Below are positions 34,563-50,297 of a DNA stretch of 64,000 nt, piece after piece. The notes under the pieces were generated by a model. It was given only the letters and a program-made list of their open reading frames with translations. It did not search any database and was not told where the DNA came from. Source of the stretch: the human T2T-CHM13v2.0 reference genome, Homo sapiens; NCBI RefSeq assembly GCF_009914755.1, contig NC_060942.1, one strand, 5' to 3'. Made by a program: the position numbers and the translations under genes. Within the stretch, counting starts at the first letter, position 1. Each line of letters starts with the position of its first letter.

Positions 34563-37500
34563 TGCCTAATTTCATTACTTACCCAGCAGTCATTCAGGAG
34601 CAGGTTGTTTAATTTCCATGTAGTTGTATGGTTTTTAGTGAGTTTCTTAATCTTGAGTTCTAATTTGATTGTGCTGTGGTCTGAGAGACTCTTACAATTT
34701 CAGTTTTTTGCATTTGCTGAGGAGTGTTTTACTTCCAATTATGTGATTGATTTTAGAGTAAGTGCTATGTGGCACTGAGAATAATGTATATTTTGTTGTT
34801 TTTGGGTGGAGAGCTCTGTAGGTATCTATGAAGTCCACTTGATCCAGAGCTGGAGGTCAAGTCCTGAATATCCTTGTTAATTTTCTGTCTCGATGATCTA
34901 ATTGACAATGGGGTGTTAAAATCTCCCACCATTATTGTGGGGGTGTCTAAGCCTCTTTGTAGGTCTCTAAGAACTTGTTTTATAAATCTGGATGCTCCTG
35001 TATTGGGTACATATATATTTAGGATAGTTAGCTCTTCTTGTTGAATTGAGCCCTTTACCATTATGTATTGCCCTTGTCTTTTTTGATCTTTGTTGGTTTA
35101 AAGTCTGTCTTGTCAGAAACTAGGATTACAACCCCTGCTTTTTTCTGCTTTCCATTTTCTTGGTGTTTCCATTTTCTTGGTAAATTTTCTTGCATCCCTT
35201 ATTTTAAGCTTATGTGTGTCTTTGCACATGAGATGGGTCTCTTGAATATAGCACACCAATAGGTCTTGACTCTTTATACAGCTTGCTGTTCTGTGTCTTT
35301 TAATTGGGGCATTTAGCCCATTTACATTTAAGGTTAATATTGTTATGTGTAAATTTGATCCTGTCATCATGACGCTAACTAGTTATTTTGCACACTTGTT
35401 GATGTAGTCGCTTCATAGTATCATTGGTCTTTGTACTTCCATGTGTTTTTGTAGTGTTAGACTGGTAATGACTTTTGTGGTGTAGGCTGATAATGATTTT
35501 TCCTTTTCATCTTTAGTGCTTCCTTCAGAAGCTCTTGCAAGGCAGGCCTAGTGGTGAAGAATTCCCTCAGCATTTGCTTGTCTGAAAAGGATTTTATTTC
35601 TCCTTCGCTTATGAAGCTTAGTTTGGTTGGATATGAAATTCTAGGTTGAAAATTCTTTTAAGAATGTTGAATATTGGCCCCCAATCTCTTCTGGCTTGTA
35701 GAGTTTCTGCTGAGAGGTCAACTGTTAGTCTGATGGGCTTCCCTTTGTAGGTGACATGGCCTTTCTCTCTGGCTGCCCTTAATGTTTTTTCCTTCATTTT
35801 AACCTTGGAAAATCTGATAATTATGTGTCTTGGGATTTATCTTCTCATGGAGTCTCTTACTGGGGTTCTCTGGATTTCCTGAATTTGAATGTTGTTCTGT
35901 CTTGCTAGGTTGGGAAAGTTCTCCTGTATGATATCCTGAAGTATGTTTTCCAACCTGGTTCCATTCTCCCCATCTCTTTCAGGTACCCCAATCAGTCATA
36001 AGTTCAGTCTTTTTACATTATCCCATAGTTTTCAGAGGTTTTGTTCACTCCTTTTCATCCTTTTTTCTCTAATCTTGTCTGCCTTCCTTATTTCAGCAAG
36101 ATAGTCTTCAATCTCTGAAATGCTTTCCTCCACTTGATGCATTCGGCTATTGATACTTGTGGTTGCATTGTGAAGTTCTTTTGTGTTGTGCTTTTCAGCT
36201 CCATCAGGTCATTTATGTTCCTCTCTAAACTAGTTATTCTGGTTAACATTTCCTGTAATGTTTTATCATGGCTCTTAGCTTCTTTGCATTGGGTTAGAAC
36301 ATCTGCCTTTAGCTCAGCAAAGTTTGTTATTACTCACCTTCAGAAGCCTACTTCTGTCAATTAATTCATCTCAGCCTCCACTCAGTTCTATGCCCCTGTT
36401 GGAGAGGTCTTGCGATCATTTGGAGGAGAAGAGGCACTCTGGTTTCTTGAGTTTTCAGCATTTTTTTTGTTGATTCTTTCTCATCTTCATGAGTTCATCT
36501 AGCTTCAATCTTTGAGGCTGCTGACCTTTGGATGGGGTTTTTGGAGGGACTTTTTTGTTGATGCGGTTGTTACTGTGTTTTCTGTTTGTTTGTTTTTCTT
36601 TTAACAGTCAGGCCCTTCTTCCGTAAGGCTTCTGCAGTTTGCTGGGGGTCCACTCCAGACCCTATTTGCCTGGGTCCCTCCCTACCTGGAGGTATCACCA
36701 CTGGAGGCTGCAAAACAGCAAAGATGGCTGCCTGCACCTTCCTCTGGGATCTGTGTCCCGGAAGGGGACTGACCTGATGCCAGCAGAAAAGCTCCTGTAT
36801 AAGGTGCCTCGCAACCCCTGTGGGTGGGCAGGGGGAGGGGAGGTCTCATCCAGTCAAGACGGACAGGATCAGGAACCCCCTTAACAAAGCACTCTGGCTG
36901 TCCCTTGGCAGAGGGGATGCACTGCACTGTGGGGAATCCCATTCATCAGGACTGCCCGGATTCCACAGTCAGCACTGGGAAAGACTAAGTTTGCTGATCT
37001 GCAGAGACTGCCCCTCCTCCCTGGGGCTCTGTCCCAGGGAGATCAGAGTTCTGTCTGTAAACCCCTGGTTGGAATTGCTGAAATTCCCACAGGAAGGCCC
37101 TGCACAGTGAGGAGCGATGGGTCAGGGTCCAGCCTAGAGAGGCAGTCTGGCCACAATCTGCCATAGCTGCTGTGCTGTGCCATGGGGAATTCCTCCTGAG
37201 TCCAAATCACCCAGTATCCCCAGCACTGGCAGGGGGAAAACAGCAGACTGGAGCTGCAGTGATGGCTCCTGCCCCTCCCCGCAGGTGCTCAGTCATCTTA
37301 GGCAGCAGGAGAATGCAGTGATGGTGGTCAACCCTCCCCCTGGAAACTCAGTAGTCTTAGGCAGTCTCCAGCCAAGTGGCCACCAAGAATCTTCACAGCT
37401 CTATGCTTGGGACCCAAGGCCCTGGTGGCACGGACTCACAAGGGGGATATCCTGACCTGTGGGTTGCACAGATCTGTGGAAAAAGTGTGGTTTCCTGGGG

Positions 37501-37745
37501 CAGGTAGCACAATCACTCACACCTCCCTTGGCTGGGGGTGGGAGCTCCCCTTCCCCTGCACTCCCAGGAGGGCCATTCCTCCACCCTGCTTTTCCTCACT
37601 CTCCATGGGTTGCGCCAACTGCCTAATTCAATGAGAGAACCTGGATACCACAGTTGCCAGTGCAGGATTCGTTGGCCATTTTCATTATCTTGGTGGGAGC
37701 CTCTGATGGCAACTGCTTCTAGTCAGCCATCTTGGCCCCTCCCCG
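34563..37745 (-). mobile_element. Older L1PA 5'UTR + ORF1 + ORF2 endonuclease domain, 3' part missing
   Basis: Minus ORFs MTGSNLHITILTLNVNGLNAPIKRHR and GDFNTPLS; 5' end 'ggggccaagatggctgactagaagcag'. Confidence 0.92.
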
Positions 37746-37754
37746 CTACCACTT

Positions 37755-38300
37755 TTCTTATGACAACAAACTTGAAAATCTAAAGGAAACAAATGATGTT
37801 CTATCAAAATATAAATTCCCCAAATTAACTAAATGACAAGTAGAACACCTAAACAACCCAACAACTACAGAATTTGAAAATATATATATATTTTTTATAT
37901 ATAATATACATATATTAAAGCTCTACAATTAAAAATGGTACCAGATTCAGGATGTTTGTGGATAAGTTGTCCCTAAATTCAAGGAACAACAATAGAAGGC
38001 TTCCCAATTCAATTTACAGTTCTATCATAATATTAATGCCAATACCTGACAAACATATTCCAACAAGAAAACTAGAATACTTACAATTAAAATCTGAAAC
38101 CAGATATTAACAAATTAAATCTAGCAATGTGTTAAAATAGTTATATTCTATAACTAAGCAAAGTTTATTCCAGAAAGCAACATTTCCCAATTTTAAGAAA
38201 TCTATTAGTATAATGTATTACATTAAAAATTTTTTAAAGAAAAATATGTAATTAAGTAAGTACATGCCAAAAATATATTTAAGGTATTGGAACAGATATT
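37755..38300 (+). mobile_element. Very old L1M ORF2 fragment
   Basis: 'aaacttgaaaatctaaaggaaacaaatg' ~ KLENLEEM; A-rich and degenerate. Confidence 0.6.
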
Positions 38301-39021
38301 CCTGATCAATTTTCAGTAGTGATTTTTAAGATGTGAATATTTTATCTCTTCATGCAAATTATAAGCCTTTCTCATACCATATATTATTTCTGTCTGTGAG
38401 CTACATCTACCTGCTATACCCTCATTCTGCCATAGATCCCAGGAATTTCTATGTAGTGTATCAATCAATATATTTAGAAGTAGTTTAAACATGCCTTTCA
38501 GGAGACTAGCCTAAGTAAATGCTTCGTGAAAAAAATGTCTATGGCTTAGTAAGTTTGGGAAAACTATATATTGTGTTTTTCTCTTAGAGATTTGCAACAA
38601 AGGTTAATTTAAAGACTCAGAGAAGTCTTCCAGGGTTTCCCAAGTTAATTGAACATAAAACACTTTTGTTCTTATGATGCCTATTAATACCCCATGAATA
38701 CACTTTGATAAACACTGGTTTAGATCATGTCACCACAATGTCAGTCTCAGCACGGGTGGCATTTATTGTTCAGGGCATTGTGTGAGGTACTACTGCAGAT
38801 ATTGAATTATAAGATATAATCTATTCCCACAGATGATTATAATGAAGTTTAGTCAGAACATATAAATAAAGAGATAAATAATTTGAGGCAACATGGCATA
38901 CGTACCATATAAGCCATCCAAACAAAAAGTGTAGCAAGGGTGCATAGGAGGCAGGAATGTTAGATGCTAAATGGTTGAGGAAGGTGTCTAGGAGGATATA
39001 TGAGTTAATCCTTGGGAGAAA

Positions 39022-39053
39022 ACACACACACACAAACACACACACACACACAC
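39022..39053. repeat. (CA)n microsatellite
   Basis: Direct inspection. Confidence 0.9.
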
Positions 39054-39291
39054 GGCAAAAATGTGAATCATATATTTGGGAGAAATTAAAGCACTGGTTT
39101 ATAGCTGTTCAAAAGGTAGGTAGGGTGACAGTGTAAAGTATCTTGCTTTAAGGATCTGGATCTTTATTACTCAGCCCATAAAGAACTAATGGAGGTCTTT
39201 CAGCAAGGAGAGAGCATCTCAGGGTAAGTGTATTTATAGAAAGTTGCAATTAACACAAAAGTTTTCAAAAAAATGTTTTCTGTTTGACTCC

Positions 39292-39812
39292 TGTCTTAGC
39301 CTAGGCTCCCCACAAAAGCAGAACATATGACAAAGTCCAATGTACAGATGCTTTATTCTGGGGTATGATCCCAAGGAGCTGCAGGGAGAGCCTGGGAAGA
39401 ATAAAAAAAGGAAGAGGGAAATGCAACCCAATCTAGCTCCTCACCACTGTGGGCAACTGAGGCTTGATTCCTCTGGGATCCTCTAAAAGGACCAGAAAGG
39501 ATACCTCTCAGAATTATTCACTCAGGAGTTGAAAAAGAGAAACATTTATCTTCCAGTTCCCAGACCCCATTAACAAAGGATTGCCCTCACATCTGCAGGT
39601 TTGTATATGCTCCAGAATGCCCACATGCATTTCTACAGGTATCCTACTTAGTGAAGGTGGAGAAACCCTGGGGCAGAAAGTGAGAAATAAACAGTGAATC
39701 TAAAGTGAGGCATTGTCAAGTTATACCTGCATGCAACTGGTGACCCCAGCAATGGCTGGAGTAAAAAGGGGACTCCTCCCAGAAAAGTCTATATAAGAGG
39801 TGTCTGGTAGAC
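39292..39812 (-). mobile_element. ERVL LTR (LTR33-like)
   Basis: 'tgtcttagcctaggctccccacaaaagcaga...ctttattctggggtatgatccc' resembles a reverse LTR33 terminus. Confidence 0.6.
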
Positions 39813-40332
39813 TCTCCAAAGGAAGGTCAATCCAACTCAACACCATACTTCCTGGTTCCTACCTGATTTATTTTCCAGCAATCCTTTACACACATGGTCG
39901 TTTCATATGTGGTCATCTCTAGGCTTTTTAGCATTGTTTTTTTTTTTCTCCTTCCATTTCCCCATGTCATTCTAAAACAAATAAATGAAAACAAACAAAA
40001 AATAGACATACCATTTTTTAAATGTTGCTTTAATTTATTTATACAAAGAAAAACCATTTTAGATTTGTTTAATAAGGTAAATTTGATGGCAAAATGACCA
40101 CTAGAACAAGTTCTCAGACAAGATGTATATGCTCTGTAGGTAAAAATAAACTTCTACAAGAAAGTTTTCAATAAATTTTACACTTCTATGACAGCCCTGT
40201 ATCCCCAGTCAGAACCAAGCAAAGCACTAAAGTCATTCCTCTGCTTATTCCAGTTACCGGGTCTGCTTTGGCAGAAGCCATATTTGGAAATCTGGTTCTT
40301 CATAATTGCCACAAACCAGCAATACTCATCTT

Positions 40333-43050
40333 CCATTCATTTAACAAATATTCGTTGAGGACCCTCTGTGATCCAGGTATGATTTTAAGCTCTGGAGATT
40401 AAGGTCTGAACAAAACAGAGTAAGTCTCTGCCCTCATGAAACTTACAATCTCGCAGGGGAAGTATACAAGTAAATATGTAATATGTTGAATGGTGACAGA
40501 AGCTGTGGAAAAAAAACAAAACAGTATAAGAGAATAAAGGATTCCCAGATGAGAAGTGGAAAGATGGGTATCACAATTTTATATAGCATGGTTATAAAAT
40601 AAATTTGTACAGAGACATGAAGGAAGTGAGAGAATGAGCCACGTAGATAGATGGGGAAGAAACATACCAGATGTGGTAAAAACAACTGGCAAGAACTTGA
40701 GGCAAAGTAATGCTCACCCCATTCAGGGAAGAGTGAGGAGGCCACTGCAGTGAAAGCAGAGTGAGCGGGGGGATGTTAAAGGAGGGGATGTCAGAGAGGT
40801 AGCCTTGGGTGAGATGATATAGGGCCTTGGAGACCATTATAAAACTTAGGGCTTTACTCTAATTGAAACAGGAAGCTATAGAAGGATTTTCAGAAGAGGA
40901 GTCATGTAATCAACTCACATTTTTAAAGGATCATTCTTATTGCCATGGAGAATAGATATAGGTGTCCTAGGGTAGAAGTGAGCAGGCCACTTAGGAAGGT
41001 AGGTGGAAGATAATGATGGCCCAGATGAGAATGACAGCAGCAAGAAATGGTAGGGTTCTAATTATATTTTGAACACAGAGCGGGCAAGATTAGTTGATGA
41101 ATTGGATGTGTTCTACAACAGAAAATGAGAAATCAAAAATGACTCTAAGATTTTTGACGTGAATTGCCATTTAACACAAAGAGAACTGTAGGTTTGAGGT
41201 TGAAAAAATTAAAAGTTCAGCTTAGGGCATGTTAAGTGTGAGCTATTTATTAAACACCCAAGTGATGATGTCAAATGGGCAGTTGGCTGTACGCAGTCCT
41301 CTCCTTGCAAGATTCCAACACGCACAAACTTCAGTCACCCAGGTTTAGTTAAATAACACCAGTCCTCCAAAAATATGATTGAAATTGCATTTGCCACATT
41401 ATAGTAACTGAATAATCGCATAAAGTACAATTTCACTGTTTCTCCCATCCACAAATCACTCTGTATATAACAGATGTATATTATGATTAGTGACCAATCA
41501 TGTCACTTCTTTCAGAGTCTGCCTGACTGATTGGTCACCGACTGGTCACTTGTGCATCTATTATTCAGTTCACACACAGCAAAATGTGTCACTGTGTTGT
41601 CTCCTGTCTCTCAGTAATAAGCCCACATGACATTCCACAAAAATGGATTATCAAAAGAAGAAACTGGTCCACAAAGATGAAAGGGCAGCAAGGAAAAACA
41701 TGACAACACTAAAAGTGAAATTCAAATCAAATATAAATGGAGTTAAAGAAGAAATAGCTGCCCCAGGAATACTGACACTGCCACTGTTTAAGACACTAGA
41801 ATGCAGCCACAAGCACTTCGTGCAGGTAACTTTATAGACATAAAGGAGGAAAGTGCTTGTAAGGAAAAAGACGAAGATGTTCCAGAGGAATACGTCAGAG
41901 CAAGTGATTCAGGCAAAATATTTCACATTAAAAGAACTCTTAGAGATAGGTCACAACATCTAAAGCACAAAGGCTAAAATGTTGGAAGCTGATCCAAATT
42001 TAGAAAGAAATATGATAATTTGCCAAGGTGTAGGATTGATGCTTACTCCATATTGAAAGTTATATGACAAGAAGGCAAGCACTGTTCTAAGTAGTCTTGA
42101 TAAGTGTTTTACAAATAAATGAAACACTTTCTCAATGTTTCTAATGTTTTAAATTAGTGTACTAAACTAAGTAAATATTAGTTTTAAAATATTACTTTTT
42201 ATTTCTTCGTTACCTCATATGTTTATAATCAACAGTAAGAGCCTAATATTTTGAAAAAATTTTAAGTCCTGCAACAATCATAATTTTTATCACTGATTAT
42301 TAAGAACACTTGGTGCTGTCTCAGTTTGCACAGTCATTTTTATGGCCCACACTACTGCATGAAGCAAGAACTGCCTGTATGCAAATTTGGAGTTTAGGAG
42401 AAGAAATTCAGCTGGAGACATAAATTTGCAAATTATCACTACAGAAACAGTATTCCTGCATGATATCACCTGACGTACAGATAAAGAAGAGATCTAAGGA
42501 TAGAGCCCTGGGGAACTCCAATGTTCAGAGGTAAAGGAAAGGAGAAAGAATCAACAAAGATGACTGAAAAGCAGTGGCTGGTGAGCTAGGAGAATCAAAA
42601 GAGCAGTATCCCAAAGACCACAAAGCAGGGAGTTTCAAGAAAGTCATCAACTGCGGCTGGTGAGAGAAGCAAGACAAACCTGAGAATTGACCATTGTGTT
42701 TGGCAATATGAAGGTTACTAGTGACCTCGGCAAGAACTGTTTCAAGAAAATAATTGGAATGAGAGCCCAATTCAAGTGAGTTCAAAAGAGACTGGAAGGA
42801 GAGGAGTGGAACAATAAATAGACAGCCTTCTGAGGAGATTTTTCTATAGGGCATGGCAGAGTGGAATGTGAGTCCATTCTGTCTTCTTAAGATGGACGCT
42901 ATCACAGCATGTTTATAGGCTGACTAACATAGTTAACTAAAGAATTTATACCACGAGATGTTGATGCCAGGAGAAGGGATAATTATTAAAACGGTGTCCT
43001 TGAGAGTGGATAGTACCTCGTACTCAAGTGGAAGTGTTTACCCTAGACAG
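40333..43050 (-). mobile_element. L2 LINE, split by a Tigger element
   Basis: 3' end 'cattcatttaacaaatattcgttgagg'; L2 continues after 42379. Confidence 0.82.
41291..42377. mobile_element. TcMar-Tigger DNA transposon (Tigger6/MER82-like), non-autonomous
   Basis: Decayed terminal inverted repeats (gcagtcct...ttgca / gcaagaactgcctg) with TA flanks. Confidence 0.72.
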
Positions 43051-43129
43051 GAACAGGCTTAAGAAGGAGGCTCAGACATTTGACTTCTTCAGGACTCAGC
43101 TGCCTCAACTGTACAATGAGACAGCACTA

Positions 43130-43325
43130 AACCAGAGATTCTCAAAATGTAGTCCTCAGATCAGCATCATCGGCACCACTTGAGAATTCATTAAAAATGC
43201 AAATTCTCAGCCCCCTTCCAAAACCTACTGTATTAGAAACTCTGGAGGTGAGGCCCAGCAATAGGTGCTTTAACAAGCTCTCCATGGGATCCTGATGCAC
43301 CCTCAGTTTTCAGAACCACTGGACT
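43130..43325. mobile_element. MER5-type hAT-Charlie MITE
   Basis: 'cagagattctcaaaatgtagtcc...cagttttcagaaccactg'. Confidence 0.8.
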
Positions 43326-43906
43326 AGATTATCTTTAACGAATCTCTGGCTCTAACACCTGTGACTTTATGCTTCAATAATCTATTACTTCCCATTTCTA
43401 TTATGTTTTTATAATACTGCTGTATTATTTTCAAGTAAGTTTATAAAATCCAAGCTGTTTTCTAATATTTTTCAGTGCAAAAAATCCAAATGTCTGTTTT
43501 CAACCTCCAGAAACAATAATGACATTTATACTTCTTAAAATCGTGTTCATAATCGTTTCTGAAACAACTTTTGCATGGTAAGGTATTCAACTTAGTTTTG
43601 AAGGCATCAGTAAAGCTCATGACATTTTCTTATCATTTTTAAATAATACATAAGTCTATCTTTTAATGAAAAAAATCTTTGGGAATTAAAAGCTATTGCT
43701 CTCAAGTTGTTTGGAATTGTTTTGTATTGCTTGAAGTGTGTTATTCCCCAGAAGCAGAGCAGACATGGAACGACAGGTGACATTAATCCAGTCCCATACT
43801 GTTGTTCTTTGTGGACTTGGATCTCTCTTCAGCCACACAATGGAGGAAATTCCATACAAACAGAGGAAGCCAGACTCTTTCTGGGAGAACTTAGTAGCTG
43901 ACTTAC

Positions 43907-43927
43907 TATATTAGACATTGATGCCTG
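43907..43927 (-). other. Candidate 18/21-nt microexon, or end of an alternative first exon
   Basis: Minus strand ttttatctgTAGCAG-gcatcaatgtctaatata-GTAAGT. Confidence 0.3.
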
Positions 43928-44237
43928 CTACAGATAAAACCTGGGAAAAGACCTCCAGGTCCTATTCTCCATTGTTGCTGCCTGAGTCCAGTATGTACGT
44001 CTCAACTGTGTACACATTTCCCGGGGTTAGGGGGGGCCCACCAGTGCACAGCTGTCTGTGACAGGATTGCTGATGTTTACAGTAGCAAGTTCACCCTGCT
44101 TTATGCCAAAACATGGTGTTTCTTATTTTAAAGATGAGAACAATTCCTTCTCTCCCCTCACTCCATTGTTATTTGGTTTACTAGATTTACAGGAGAAGGA
44201 AGCAGTAAATTACTAAAGAAGAAAGTGTAAATCTCAC

Positions 44238-44574
44238 CAGGGTGTGCCTGTTTGAATTTGGATGAAGTTTGGCATATCCATCAGATGTGATGATATGAGA
44301 AAACAGGTCCTCTCTGCTTCGTGGTAGGTTGGTTTGGGGAAGTGAAAATAAAAATTCATTAGACACTTTCCTGTGTTGATGTCCACACCTTTCTAGAAGC
44401 TCCAAGTTGATCAGATGTCCTAAGTGCCCAGCTTGATGGCCACAGAAAGCCAGCTGGTTAGTGAATAAAAAGGACTCTGCTAGCTGAGAACGCTCATTGC
44501 CAGCAAGCCTTTCTTGATGGTTTCCAGCCTTTTCTGTATTTAATTCGGTTAACATTGCATTCTCCCATCAGGGT
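44238..44574 (-). other. Candidate exon with 106-codon open frame
   Basis: Apparently unique sequence; ATG at 44555 open to donor ctg|GTGAGA in phase 0; possible acceptor ttaaCAG. Confidence 0.3.
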
Positions 44575-44874
44575 CTGTTAATAATGATGTGTTGGGGGAA
44601 AGAAGCATGCAGTGGGAGGGATGGAAAGGAGACATGGAATTCCTATTTCTTCAATCACAAAAGTAAAAGAAAATAAAAGAAGATTTACCTTAAAGTACAA
44701 AGTATTTTCAAACCACATTTATAGAAAGCCAGTATTAAAAAGAGGTCAGCTGATGCATAAAGAACATACCTATAAACTAAATAAATCATCTGTCCTTCAT
44801 TCTATTCAATAATTCTTTCCTGAACAGCTGGCTGTTTCTCCCTGGCTCAGCCACCTCCCTTTCCTGCCATGGCT

Positions 44875-45814
<940 letters not shown>

Positions 45815-47861
45815 TAATTTAGACTCACGCCCGTGCTGCAATAATAATTACTCATAAGAAATATTCATATTAAAACGAATAAAATACATTAGTTGGATTA
45901 TCATAAATGGGCCAATTACTTTAAAACATTTTCATAAGTGGATATTTCTGGCTTGTTAGATTCTCCTTTTGCTAATATGTAAGATGAGCCTTAGAGAGCC
46001 TCGGCATTAACTCAAGAGTTGAATGTTGCACTCAGTTCTATTATTTATTTTTAAACATAGTAAACATGAATTATAAGCTCAGGGTTGGAAAGAACTTTAA
46101 GGATGACTTAGTCCTGCCTTTAATCTGAATCACTACAAATGTCCAAATCAAGTGGCCATTCAGTTTAGATATGAAGATCATCCCCACCCCCAAACATGAA
46201 AGAGAACTCATTACCTCCCTATATAGTCCATTTCATCTTCGGTCAGCTATGACAAAAAAAAAAAAAAATCATGCATTGAAAAACTATCTCCCTGCATTGT
46301 TTTAATTAGAAAGCTTTCTTATTTATGGAAAAACTTGCAGAATTTTAGAGATGATAGGACAGTTTATAGCAGGATGCAATTTATCTGCATACATTTAATT
46401 TACTGTAAATATTAGTTAATGTCTAATGGGTGGTAGGCAACATGCTGACACTGTATACACACCAGCAAACAAAACACAGGCCCTGCTCTCAAAGTACTTG
46501 CCAGCCCAATAATATACAGAATAAATCAGGAGTTTTAAATACTTTGTTAAATGTGATAAAACAGGGGTAAATACAGGACCATAGGAGGTTATCAGAGGGA
46601 TACTTAATCCAGTATAGAGGATAAAATTCTGGAGAAGCGACATCTTTGCCAAGGTTGAAACATAAGTGGCTCTAAGTCAGTGTTGCCAGTTTTTGCATAG
46701 CATGAAGTGGTTTTATCTTTTCTCCGATGCTATGTTAAATCTCTGTTAACTGATAACTTTCTACTTACTTTTGGTTTTCAAAATTTAGAACAGGCCAATG
46801 CAAGAATCCAATCTCATCCTCTGATTTAAAGACTCTCCTTCTTCAAGTCTCTGGCATCTTCAGTGTGTCAGGACTGGGAGGAGGAAGGAGGAAAGGGGCA
46901 GGTATCTATTTAACTGGACACAGTGAAAGTTTTTCACTGCCTCTGGTTAACACGGACTTTCCTTGATGTCTTCACTCTGCAAGTCCTTAAATGTAGGCTC
47001 TCTTACAGGAAACGTGTGAGTTCCTTTCCACTACTCCATTCCTGGACACTTCCCCTCTTCCACATTCACCCACTGGTCCATTCTACAGCTTCCAGGAACC
47101 AGCAACCCCTTGCCTGCCATTCCTCTTAACTAAAGTTTTGTCAGGATATCTCAATTTAGCTATGTCTCATGGAGTCCATTATTCCAGTTTTCAGGATACC
47201 AGATCAACATACCAAAAATCAATCTGATTTATAAACACTAGAAATGAACAATTAAAACCCAAAATTTTAAAAACAGTATCATTAAGAATATGGCCAAAAA
47301 AATTAAATACTCAGGTAACAATCTAACAGAAGTGTCCAGGTTGTGTTTGCTAAAAAGCTATAAATGGAACACATACTGTGTTTAAAAGTTAGAAGACTCA
47401 ATACATGCAAAATGTCAATTATCTCCAAGCTGATCTACAGATTAAACACAATTCCAATCAAAACTCAGCAGAATTTTTTGTAGGTGGAGACAAACTGATT
47501 ATATAATTTATATGGAGGGGCAAAGGAACTACAATAGCCAAAATAATTTTGAAAAAAAAAAAGAGCAAAGTTGGAGAATTCACACTGCTTGATTTTAAAA
47601 TTACTATAAACATATGGTAATTAAGACAACATATTATCAGAGAAGGGATCCAGCCAAAAATCAATGGGGCAAAATAAAAATGCACGCAAATATAATCAAT
47701 TAATTTGTTTTAACATGCAAAGGGATTCAAACTACTGTCCTTTGCATGTTTTAACATGCAAAGGACAGTAGTTTCAGCAAATGGTAGTGGAATAATGGAC
47801 ATCCATATGCAAAAAATTAACCCATGCCTAAACCTTACACTTTATATAAAAATTAAATCAA

Positions 47862-48186
<325 letters not shown>

Positions 48187-49606
48187 TCAAAATGGATCAT
48201 AGAGCTAAATGTAAAACAGAAGCTATAAACTTTCAGAAAAAAGCATAGGAGGAAATTTCATAACAAGATTAGGCAAAGAGTTCTTAAACATGGCATTGAA
48301 AGGACAATTCATTTAAGAAAATTAATAAATTGAACTTCATTAAAATTAAGACTCTTTCCTCTGAAGCTCCTTAAAAAGCTAAACATAGAATTACCATATG
48401 ACTCAGTGATTCCACTCTTAAGTATATAGCCAAAAGGACTGAAAGCAGGAACTCAAACAGATACTTGTACACCAATGATCATTGCAGCATTCTTCACAAT
48501 AGTTAAAAGGTAGAAACAGCCCAAGTGGCCAACATTTGAATAAATAAAAGTGGTATATACATACAATGGAATGTTATTCAGCCTTAAAAAGGAATTAATT
48601 CTGACACATGTTATAACACGAATGAACCTTGAAAACACTGAAATAAGCCAGACTCAAATATTGTATGACTCCCCTTATATGAGGTACCTAGAAAAGGCAA
48701 ATTCACAAAGATAGAAAGTAAAATAAAGGTTATTGGGGTTTGGGAAAAGGAGGGAATGAAGAGTTATTGTTTAATGGGTACAGAGTTTCTGTTTGGGGTG
48801 ATGAAAGACTTTTGGAAATAGTGATGGTTGCACACCACTGTGAATATAATTAATGCCCCTAAATTGTATACTTAATAGTTAAAATAGCAAATTTTATTAT
48901 AACTATAATATACAAGTATATTATATATATAAATTTATATAAATTTCATATATTTATATATGTAAATATAAATATACATATATAGTGGCATATATATATA
49001 TGTCACAACTTTTTAAAAAAGAATAAGGTCTAAAAATATCTTTCCCCTGTGAAAAACACTGTTAAGAGAATTAAAGGACAAGCTACAGAGCAGGAGAAAT
49101 ATTTGCAAATTACATATCCATTAAAGGATTTGTATCCAGATACTTCACCTCAGAGGATGTAAGAATAGCAAATAAGCACATGAAAAAATGTTCAATATCA
49201 TTAGCCCTTAGGGAAATGCAAATCAGGATACTACTACAGGATGAGATACTATTACACACCTATTAGAGTTACTAAACTAAAAAATCACGACAAGACCACA
49301 TACTGGATGGAACAACTTAACTCTCATATGTTAGAGGTGATAATTCAAAATGTTACAGCCACTCTGGAAAACAGTTTGGCAGTTTCCTATCAAATTAAAC
49401 ATGTACTTATCCAATGACTCATCAGTGGCACTCCTAGTTATCTACCCTAGAGAAATGAAAACTAAAATGTTTATAGAAACTATTTATAATCGTCAAATCC
49501 GCAAACAACCCAAATATACTTCAATGAGTAAATAGTAATAAACATACTGTGGAGCATCCATCCAATGGAACACTACTCAGCAGCAAAAAGGAACCAACTA
49601 TTAACA

Positions 49607-50297
<691 letters not shown>

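Noticed and set aside
46996-47022. Plus-strand 'ctctcttacag GAAACGT gtgagt' 7-nt microexon-like motif
   Set aside because: Frame-shifting, opposite to the inferred host strand, no other support
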